A stretch of DNA of 58,661 nucleotides from an uncultured Anaerotignum sp. GTDB lineage: Bacteria > Bacillota > Clostridia > Lachnospirales > Anaerotignaceae. Positions 8,838 through 15,716 of the stretch are shown piece by piece. A model generated the notes under the pieces. The model had not been told where the DNA came from. It did not search any database and was given only the letters and a program-made list of their open reading frames with translations. Location: NCBI GenBank assembly GCA_944381385.1, contig CALWKZ010000117.1, forward strand, positions 1 to 58,661, given 5' to 3'. A program made the translations under genes and the position numbers. Each line of letters starts with the position of its first letter. The first letter of the stretch is position 1.

Positions 8838-9512
8838 ATGGGAGAAAAAATGACTCTGGCGGACCAGATCTATCAGGATTTGAAGCAGGAGATCTCCAAT
8901 CAGGAACTGGCCTCCGGGGAAAAGATCAACATTAAGGAACTGGCAAGAAGATACGGCGTCAGCGATACGCCTGTCAAACAAGCCCTCCAGCGTCTTGCGG
9001 AAGAGAAGCTGGTTGTCAATACGCCCAATAAGGGGATGAGCGTACGTTCTTTTCATCCCAGAGAACTGCATGAAGTATTCGATATCCGTCTGATGCTGGA
9101 TACCTTCTTTATCCCAGACATCATTTCGGCGCTGAATTACAACGACAAGCTGCGGCAGCAGCTTCTGGATAATCTGGAACAGCAGAAGGAATTTATTCAA
9201 AACAGCGATTCCGGCCAGGAGGCAGAACGGTATTTCCAACTGGATATGGAATTTCACACATTATTCCTGACGGCTTCCGGCAACAAAAAAGCGGTAGAGA
9301 TCCTGACGGACCTCCACCCCTTCACTCTTTCCAGCGGTTCCTATTACAGCCAGCCCCACTATCGGGACTGTGAATGCGTAGCGGAACATGAAGCCATCCT
9401 GAACGCGGTCATGGCGGCAGACGCCGACGCCCTGAAAGCGGCGGTAGAGACCCATATCAACAATTCCAGGCGGGCGTTCCAGCTGATCTTCAAGCTGAAC
9501 CAAATGGTCTGA
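8838..9512 (+). CDS. GntR (FadR/FCD) family regulator, divergent from TRAP operon
   Basis: ELARRYGVSDTPVKQAL HTH; FCD-type DMEFH..ASGN, EHEAI; AGGAGG RBS. Confidence 0.92.
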   Translation: MGEKMTLADQIYQDLKQEISNQELASGEKINIKELARRYGVSDTPVKQALQRLAEEKLVVNTPNKGMSVRSFHPRELHEVFDIRLMLDTFFIPDIISALNYNDKLRQQLLDNLEQQKEFIQNSDSGQEAERYFQLDMEFHTLFLTASGNKKAVEILTDLHPFTLSSGSYYSQPHYRDCECVAEHEAILNAVMAADADALKAAVETHINNSRRAFQLIFKLNQMV

Positions 9513-9554
9513 AAAACGATCCTCTCATGGGGCAGTGAGGATGTTCCCAAACAG

Positions 9555-9688
9555 AAAAAGGAAGCAATGACAGACTTGTCTCCATAAGAAAACAACTTCT
9601 TGAAAAAAGAATCCGGGGCCCTGCGCCGCAGGGATTCCCGCCATGTATGTTTTCCTATGGAGATGCCTTTTGTCATTGCTTCCTTTTT
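9555..9688. repeat. About 40-bp imperfect inverted repeat enclosing a GC hairpin (MITE-like or terminator)
   Basis: Perfect 18-bp arms 9555-9572/9671-9688 plus 15/16 inner arms 9579-9594/9648-9663. Confidence 0.8.
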
Positions 9689-9691
9689 ATT

Positions 9692-10621
9692 TTATGTTTT
9701 TTCCGTTTTTGCCCCGGTACTTTTCCGCATCCTTCCGCCTGCTTTGCGGAACAGCTCCTCTGTCACCAGCGGCGGATGGGTATGCTCCACCACCACCCAT
9801 TCCCCAGGCGGACAAATCCGGGTCCTGCGGCTCTTATAGCTTACCTTCTTCTCCTTTCCCTGCACCATATGTCCCAGATATACGGGGTGCTCCAAAATTT
9901 TGCGTACCGTAGTGACCGCCCAGACAGCATTTTCCTTTCTTCCTAAATCCTGCCCCTGTTTTCGCTTCCACTGGGAGGGCGTCTCAATTCCCAGCGCCAT
10001 CAGCCTGGCGGCGATCTTCCGACAGGAAAGCCCGCCGGCGGCATAAGAAAATATCCTCGCCACCACCGGCGCCGTCTCCGGCTCCGGCAGCAGCTTATGG
10101 CGGTCCGACGGGTCCTTTTGGTAGCCGTAAGGGGCGTAATTCCCCAAAAACTGGCCCAGCTCCATTTTTCGCCGGAACACGGCCCGGATATTTTCCGACA
10201 GTTCCTCGCAGTACCACTCATTGACCAGACTGTTGATCTGTCTGGCTTTTTTATTTTCCCGTCTGGATGTATCCACCCCATCCACCGCCGTCACAAAGCG
10301 TATGCCCCACAGCGGAAACAGCTCATGGAGATACTTTTCCGCCGTAGCCATATTCCTGGTGAACCGGGACTGGGTCTTGCACAGGATAATGGAGAACCGG
10401 CCAGCCTCCGCGTCCCGCAGCAGAGCCTGGAAGCCGGGACGGTCCTCCCGCAGGCCGGAATAATCCTCATCCGTATAGACCCCGGCGATCTCCCAGCCCC
10501 TGGCCGCGGCGTAAGCCGTCAAAAGACTCTTCTGGTTGGAAATGCTCCGGCTCTCCTGCCCCTCCGCCAGTCCTTCGTCCTCTATGGACAGCCGGCAGTA
10601 GACAGCCGCTTTTTCTGCCAT
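9692..10621 (-). CDS. Serine recombinase (catalytic + recombinase domains, 309 aa; no zinc ribbon or coiled coil)
   Basis: AAVYCRLS (catalytic Ser), DEDYSG..DRPGF, KTQSRFTRN, APYGY, VRKILEHPVYLG, HPPLVTEELF; AAGGAGG RBS 9 nt before ATG 10621. Confidence 0.93.
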   Translation of the reverse strand: MAEKAAVYCRLSIEDEGLAEGQESRSISNQKSLLTAYAAARGWEIAGVYTDEDYSGLREDRPGFQALLRDAEAGRFSIILCKTQSRFTRNMATAEKYLHELFPLWGIRFVTAVDGVDTSRRENKKARQINSLVNEWYCEELSENIRAVFRRKMELGQFLGNYAPYGYQKDPSDRHKLLPEPETAPVVARIFSYAAGGLSCRKIAARLMALGIETPSQWKRKQGQDLGRKENAVWAVTTVRKILEHPVYLGHMVQGKEKKVSYKSRRTRICPPGEWVVVEHTHPPLVTEELFRKAGGRMRKSTGAKTEKT

Positions 10622-10643
10622 AGGCCTCACCCTCCTTCGGGTC

Positions 10644-10673
10644 TATCCTATGAAAAGGACAAAAAAAATAAAA
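10644..10673 (-). promoter_or_regulatory. Putative sigmaE-like promoter of the recombinase
   Basis: TTTTATT-N14-CATAGGAT; shares TATT-N14-CATAG with the spmA promoter in this window. Confidence 0.45.
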
Positions 10674-10703
10674 CCGCTTTCGGGATGGTATCCCAAAAAC
10701 GGT
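10661..10703 (-). terminator. Intrinsic terminator between the zinc-ribbon ORF and the recombinase
   Basis: Minus strand ACCGTTTTTGGGATACCATCCCGAAAGCGGT followed by a long T-tract. Confidence 0.65.
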
Positions 10704-10710
10704 CCGTCTC

Positions 10711-10977
10711 TTACAATCCTTTAAACAAATACTTCTGGCAGCCTGGGCAGGTCGTATCCTCCCGCAGCTTTCTCCGACAGTCCAGCTTCTTGCCGCAATG
10801 GGGGCAGACATAGGTCTTTGCCTCCAGAAAGAAATCCAGTACCACAATCGCGATCATCAGGATCCAGTTATGCAGAAAGACGAAACTCACCGCTGCCGCA
10901 AGGAATAAAACAATGCTGATTTTCTGAAATTTCTTATATTTCTGGTATAAAACCCGTCCATTCTCTGGTAATTGCAC
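10711..10977 (-). CDS. Small membrane protein (88 aa) with C-terminal zinc ribbon
   Basis: GGAGG RBS + GTG; two hydrophobic segments then CPHC-X15-CPGC. Confidence 0.75.
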   Translation of the reverse strand: MQLPENGRVLYQKYKKFQKISIVLFLAAAVSFVFLHNWILMIAIVVLDFFLEAKTYVCPHCGKKLDCRRKLREDTTCPGCQKYLFKGL

Positions 10978-11013
10978 AATTTTTGCCTCCTTTTTCTGCT
11001 GGCTTCTGTATCT

Positions 11014-11042
11014 ATTGTATCCTATCCCCCGGGAAAAAGCAA
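11014..11042 (-). promoter_or_regulatory. sigmaA-like promoter reading into the element from next to attR
   Basis: TTGCTT-N17-TACAAT. Confidence 0.55.
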
Positions 11043-11056
11043 TATAAACTTCCGTG

Positions 11057-11068
11057 ACCCATGTCACG
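11057..11068 (+). repeat. attR core, ACCCATGTCACG
   Basis: Identical to 5204-5215; lies within the dyad CGTGAC-CCAT-GTCACG (11053-11068). Confidence 0.9.
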
Positions 11069-11755
11069 GGTATTGCCTGCGGCAACGGCACGCTGTCCGC
11101 GGGCAGATTCCGGGGCGTCGCGCCTGAGGCCCATATCATCAGCCTGAAGATCCTGGACCGGCTGGGGCAGGGCAGCTCCTCCGCCGCATTGGCCGCGTTT
11201 CAATGGATAATGGACAACGCTTCCAAATATAATATAAAGATCATCAATCTGTCGATCGGCACCAATGACCAAAGGGTACACTCTCCGCTGCGGGAAGGCG
11301 TGGAGCGTCTCTGGGAAAAGGGCTTTGTGGTGGTGGCCGCCGCCGCCAATCCCGACGGCAACAGCGCCTTTCAGCCGCCGCCCCTGCTCAGCCCCAGGAT
11401 CATCACCGCCGGCGCCTGGGAGGACCGGGATTACTTCCGGAAAAAACGGGGTATGCTGTCTGTGCTCTCGCCTACTATGCCGGATCTTTGGGCAAGAGGA
11501 GAGGAGGTCGTCTCCGTCCTGTCCCCGGACTTTGATTTTTCCCTGCCTAACCGGGAGCGGGAGAAAATCGCGGCGCCTCATTATATCCGCATGAGCGGCG
11601 CCTCCATGGCTACTCCCGCCGTCAGCGGCACAGCAGCGCTGCTGCTGGAAAAAATACCGTCCCTGCCGCCGGACGAGGTAAAACGGCGGCTGTGCGCCGC
11701 AGCCAAGGAGCAGGATGGTCTGCTTCTGCCGGAGGTCTTGTTCGCGCGACAGTGA
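11057..11755 (+). CDS. S8 subtilase (AprX-like), 3' fragment of the interrupted gene
   Basis: THVTGIACGNG..FRGVAPEA, IINLSIG, VVVAAAAN, MSGASMATPAVSG (catalytic Ser); no RBS before GTG 11054. Confidence 0.9.
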   Translation, partial: THVTGIACGNGTLSAGRFRGVAPEAHIISLKILDRLGQGSSSAALAAFQWIMDNASKYNIKIINLSIGTNDQRVHSPLREGVERLWEKGFVVVAAAANPDGNSAFQPPPLLSPRIITAGAWEDRDYFRKKRGMLSVLSPTMPDLWARGEEVVSVLSPDFDFSLPNREREKIAAPHYIRMSGASMATPAVSGTAALLLEKIPSLPPDEVKRRLCAAAKEQDGLLLPEVLFARQ

Positions 11756-11770
11756 AAGGAGCATCTCTCT

Positions 11771-12202
11771 ATGGAAGAAAATACCGTGATCCGTTTATCC
11801 AAAAGCCTGCAAAATACCGACGCTCTGGCGCAGGAAATTTCCCAGTGGCAGGCTTCCCTGCGCCAGATGGTAGAGCAGGATTATCTGCAAAAGATCCGCG
11901 CCGCCGCCCAGGAGGAAAAGGCCATCACTGTGGAGCATCCTTCCCGGGAGGTCACACTGCTGCGGGCTCTGTCCGCCTTTGCCGATGAAGGCGGGAAGCA
12001 AAAACTGGATCAGGCCTGCCGTTCCCTGCTGTTTTTACAGACCATGGCAAAGATACAGCAGGGCGTCCGTATCTGTGAAAGCGATCTTCTGGAGGCCAGA
12101 AGCAGCGGCGGCAGCATCCCCGCCTTCTCTCCCGCCAGAGCCGCCGGTATTTTTATGAGTCTTTCTCTGCTTTCGGAATTTCTCTCCGACCAGAAGGCAT
12201 AA
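11771..12202 (+). CDS. Hypothetical protein, likely co-transcribed with the subtilase
   Basis: AAGGAG RBS 15 nt after the subtilase stop; REVTLLRALSAF...LEARS resembles 4404-4913. Confidence 0.7.
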   Translation: MEENTVIRLSKSLQNTDALAQEISQWQASLRQMVEQDYLQKIRAAAQEEKAITVEHPSREVTLLRALSAFADEGGKQKLDQACRSLLFLQTMAKIQQGVRICESDLLEARSSGGSIPAFSPARAAGIFMSLSLLSEFLSDQKA

Positions 12203-12206
12203 AAAA

Positions 12207-12257
12207 AGAAAACCGTCTTTCTTTCCGCGCTCAATAAGAAAGAAAAGACGGTTTTCT
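12207..12257. terminator. Bidirectional terminator
   Basis: AGAAAACCGTCTTT...AAAGACGGTTTTCT between convergent genes. Confidence 0.65.
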
Positions 12258-12275
12258 ACTATAATAATATGTTTT

Positions 12276-12992
12276 TTACAAATGCTGGTTCACTACAAAC
12301 ATATTCAGCTTGCGCATAGCCCGAATATCTTCTTTGGAGAACTTCAAAATCTCCTTCAGCTCCTCATTTTCCTCCATAATATCCGGCGAAAGCACGAACT
12401 TGAAGGAAATAGGGAACATGGGCTGGGTAGACAGGCCGGAAAACATCCCGATCATACGCCCTGTATGACTGAAGGAATTGATGGCATACAAAAATACCCG
12501 CTCCATTTTATTGTTCTGGTTCTCAAAATTAAAATTCGTGAACGCATCGTACTTGCGCATGGTGCCATGATACAGATACTTGCATTTATAGCAATTGGAA
12601 TAATCCTCCAGATCCGCGTAGAAATCGGCGCTGAAAATGCCGTTTTCCCCATGGCCCCTGACATCAATGATATTCTTGACGATACGCCCCCGCCGACCGT
12701 CATAGAAATACAGATACATCCTTGTCTTGCCATGACGCTTTCTGGCGATCTCCTGTTTACCCTCGGCGTCGTCGTCAGCGTGCTCGTAGTCGATCAGCTG
12801 TCCCACGGAAATATCCAGCGCGTCCGCGATGGTAAACAGCGTCTCGATATCAATGGCAATATCCCCGTTCTCATACTTGGATACGGTGGCTTTGCTCTTA
12901 TTGATGAGTCCGGCGAACACCTCAATGGTCATATTTTTCATTTTTCGGTAAAGGCGTATCCTTTTACCGACATGAATACTGACTTCACGCAT
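12276..12992 (-). CDS. XRE-family regulator with long C-terminal domain
   Basis: GKRIRLYRK..SKATVSKYENG HTH; divergent from brnQ. Confidence 0.85.
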   Translation of the reverse strand: MREVSIHVGKRIRLYRKMKNMTIEVFAGLINKSKATVSKYENGDIAIDIETLFTIADALDISVGQLIDYEHADDDAEGKQEIARKRHGKTRMYLYFYDGRRGRIVKNIIDVRGHGENGIFSADFYADLEDYSNCYKCKYLYHGTMRKYDAFTNFNFENQNNKMERVFLYAINSFSHTGRMIGMFSGLSTQPMFPISFKFVLSPDIMEENEELKEILKFSKEDIRAMRKLNMFVVNQHL

Positions 12993-13541
12993 AATCTCTT
13001 CACCTTCCGTCCCCTTTACTGCATGAAATTATCCATTTTTTACCAAAATTTTCACTTGCGTGTGCTTATTATAATATAATTTTATGTTTTTTTATAGTCC
13101 CCTCTTTATATTTTAACAAAATCTTTCTTTTCTTTATGCAAACTTACGGAAACCAAATGTATATCATGTTTTTCTTTGGATACAAAGCACCTTTTTTCCT
13201 ATCAGTAGAATTTTCTTCTCTGTCCCCCTGATTTCCTTTTTCTCGTTGGTAAATTTTTTTAACAGGATATTAACTATTTTACAGCACTTTCTACATATTC
13301 CCCTTCCATTTCTGGAAGAAATACCCAGTTATCTAAGCGTTTTACCCAAAGCATCTCCCAACAAATGGATATTTCCCCGTTTTTTCCATATCTATTTTTG
13401 ACATTTCGTATAAATATTATTTTTTTTGATTTTGTTATTATTTTTTACTCTTTTCATTATTTTACCCCATTTTTTATTCTTTTTTTCTATTTTAAAGAAA
13501 CTTATCGCCTCTTTTGTTTCTTTCCAGTGGCGCGGCCTGAT

Positions 13542-13570
13542 TTGTCAAGGTTCCTTCTTTCCTGCATAAT
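13542..13570 (+). promoter_or_regulatory. Putative sigmaA promoter of brnQ
   Basis: TTGTCA-N17-CATAAT. Confidence 0.5.
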
Positions 13571-13657
13571 AGATACCAACACCGCCGATCTTATTTTCGG
13601 CAAAAGACGTTTCACTGACACATGAACACATTGTAAAAAACAGGAGGTTACTGACAC

Positions 13658-14980
13658 ATGAACAACAAAGGGATCAAAATTGCGGATATCGCAGTCATCG
13701 GTCTGGCACTGTTTGCTATGTTCTTCGGCGCCGGCAATCTGATCTTCCCCCCGTATCTCGGCACCAACGCAGGCAGTGAATGGCTCGTAGGCTTTCTCTG
13801 TTTCTTCATCGCTGACGTAGGTCTGGCTTTGGTAGCCATCATGGCCATGATTAAAAAAGGCGATATTTCCATGAACGGCATCACCGGCCGGCTGGGCAGA
13901 ACGCCTTCCGTTATCATCAATGCCCTGATCGTTCTGTGTATCGGGCCCTTCCTTGCAATTCCCCGTACAGCGGCAACTACATTTGAAATGGGCGTTGCGC
14001 CTATCTTCCCCGCAGTCAACAGCTGGGTATTCGGCGCTATCTTCTTCGGCCTGGTACTGCTGCTGACCATCCGCCCTTCCGGCGTCGTAGACGTAATCGG
14101 TAAATATCTGACGCCTGTACTGGTGCTCTGCCTGCTGGCAACCATCGTCATCGGCGTGATTCATCCTATTGGCGATATTGCCGATGTATCTAAAGTAGAC
14201 ACTGTAAAAGAAGGTATTATGGCTGGTTATCAGACCATGGACGTACTGGCTTCCATCGTATTTGTTATCATCGTTATTTCCGCGGCACGGGATAAAGGCT
14301 ACACCACCCAGTCCGCTACCATGAAAGTGGTTATCGGCTCCGCCGGCTTCGCAGCTGCAGCCCTCTTGATCATCTACGGCGGTCTGGCTTACCTGGGCGC
14401 TACCACTTCCGCCGGCGGCTTTGAAAACTTCAACCAGACAGGCCTGGTCGTTGCTATCGTACAGGAACTGATCGGCGGCTACGGTGTACTGGTACTGGCA
14501 ATCATCGTATTCTTTGCCTGCCTGACCACAGCCATTGGTCTGACATCTTCCTGCGCATCCTACTTCTCCGAGCTGTCCAAAGGAAAAGTATCCTATACAA
14601 AAATCGTTATCATTACTACTGTATTCAGCTATCTGGTGTCCAACTTCGGTATTTCCACCATCATCAGCATCGCTTCCCCGATCCTGTCTCTGCTGTACCC
14701 TGTAGTACTGGTAATGATCGTACTGACTTACTTTGATAAGAAGATCAAAAACAACAACATCTATGTATTCGCAGCAGCAGCGGCACTCATCGTCAGCGCG
14801 CTGGATATCCTCTGCGGCTATGGCCTGCCCTTTGGCTTCATCAAGGCTCTGCCTCTGAGCGAGCTGCAGTTCAGCTGGATCATTCCTGCCATCATCGGCG
14901 GCATCATCGGCAAATTCGTGCCTTGCCGTGAAAGAAACCTGTCCCTGCGTAAGCTGGAACTGGACGGCGACGCGGAATAA
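13658..14980 (+). CDS. brnQ: Branched-chain amino acid transporter (LIVCS)
   Basis: FAMFFGAGNLIFPP, GPFLAIPRTA, GYQTMD, ACLTTAIGL. Confidence 0.96.
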   Translation: MNNKGIKIADIAVIGLALFAMFFGAGNLIFPPYLGTNAGSEWLVGFLCFFIADVGLALVAIMAMIKKGDISMNGITGRLGRTPSVIINALIVLCIGPFLAIPRTAATTFEMGVAPIFPAVNSWVFGAIFFGLVLLLTIRPSGVVDVIGKYLTPVLVLCLLATIVIGVIHPIGDIADVSKVDTVKEGIMAGYQTMDVLASIVFVIIVISAARDKGYTTQSATMKVVIGSAGFAAAALLIIYGGLAYLGATTSAGGFENFNQTGLVVAIVQELIGGYGVLVLAIIVFFACLTTAIGLTSSCASYFSELSKGKVSYTKIVIITTVFSYLVSNFGISTIISIASPILSLLYPVVLVMIVLTYFDKKIKNNNIYVFAAAAALIVSALDILCGYGLPFGFIKALPLSELQFSWIIPAIIGGIIGKFVPCRERNLSLRKLELDGDAE

Positions 14981-15087
14981 GAAACAGCGTATCCATCAGA
15001 AAACATACGCCGGAATCCTTATAAAAAAGGGTTCCGGCGATTTTTATTGGCATTGTTTTCTTCTTTCTTCTTATTCGCCCTTTCAGA

Positions 15088-15153
15088 AATGTAAAAACTT
15101 CTTGATATTTTGGAAAATCAGTAGTATTTTAAAAATGTAAAGAACTTTTGACA
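15088..15153 (+). promoter_or_regulatory. Two pseudo-palindromic operator-like sites flanking a promoter
   Basis: AATGTAAAAACTTCTTGATA and AATGTAAAGAACTTTTGACA upstream of a membrane protein + Cro-like HTH pair. Confidence 0.5.
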
Positions 15154-15175
15154 CTTTAAGAAAGGAGCTGTCTTT

Positions 15176-15469
15176 ATGGAAAATCTGCATATCCTGATCC
15201 CATTTTTATTGTTTTTGATTATCCTGATCCTTTTGGACTTTTCCATGCTTCTCTCCCTGCTGAAGCGGGGCGATGAACGGCGGCAGCTCATGGTATGGAA
15301 AGCCAGTACCTTTACCCTGCTGGTTCTGACACTGACCTTTATTTATGACGTTGTCAGCAGCATCCTGCACGCGGAGCCCATGACCATCAATCCTTTTGTC
15401 AAACTCAGCACCACAGCGATCATGTACACAATCTCTCTTCTCTATTTCAAAAAACAGTATGGTGATTGA
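15176..15469 (+). CDS. Small membrane protein
   Basis: AAGGAG RBS; 3 hydrophobic segments; GDERRQ motif typical of HTH-associated membrane proteins. Confidence 0.75.
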   Translation: MENLHILIPFLLFLIILILLDFSMLLSLLKRGDERRQLMVWKASTFTLLVLTLTFIYDVVSSILHAEPMTINPFVKLSTTAIMYTISLLYFKKQYGD

Positions 15470-15470
15470 T

Positions 15471-15665
15471 ATGAAAAACAGTATTCGGGAAAAACGAAAG
15501 GAACTGGGCCTGTCCCAGGAAGAACTGGCGAAAAAATGCGGGGTTTCCCGCCAAACCATAAACGCCATTGAAAACAATAAATATGACCCTACCCTGGCTC
15601 TGGCCTTCCATCTTGCCAGAGAACTGGGGTTGACCGTAGACCAGCTTTTCCAGCCAGAAACATAA
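15471..15665 (+). CDS. Cro/C1-type HTH regulator (64 aa)
   Basis: MKNSIREKRKELGLSQEELAKKCGVSRQTINAIENNKYDP. Confidence 0.9.
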   Translation: MKNSIREKRKELGLSQEELAKKCGVSRQTINAIENNKYDPTLALAFHLARELGLTVDQLFQPET

Positions 15666-15716
15666 AAACAGGCCGGGCCCCTTCAGGGTCCCGGCCTTTC
15701 TTATGCCGAAATCAGT

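Larger units (their letters stand above)
5204..11068. mobile_element. Serine-recombinase integrative element (5,853-bp excisable unit) inserted in the subtilase gene
   Basis: Flanking 12-bp direct repeat, recombinase gene inside, and split host gene halves that rejoin in frame; no phage or conjugation genes seen. Confidence 0.88.

Noticed and set aside
9359-9676. Possible frameshifted C-terminus of the recombinase
   Set aside because: No zinc-ribbon cysteines or coiled coil; runs through the inverted repeat and antisense to gntR.
5204-11068. Prophage or conjugative element interpretation
   Set aside because: No structural, replication, relaxase or T4SS genes between the repeats.
10711-11139. 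142-aa version of the zinc-ribbon ORF crossing attR
   Set aside because: RBS and promoter support GTG 10977; the extension is antisense to the subtilase.
11054-11755. Stand-alone 233-aa subtilase as given in the ORF track
   Set aside because: No RBS and lacks the catalytic Asp and His; better explained as the 3' half of the split gene.
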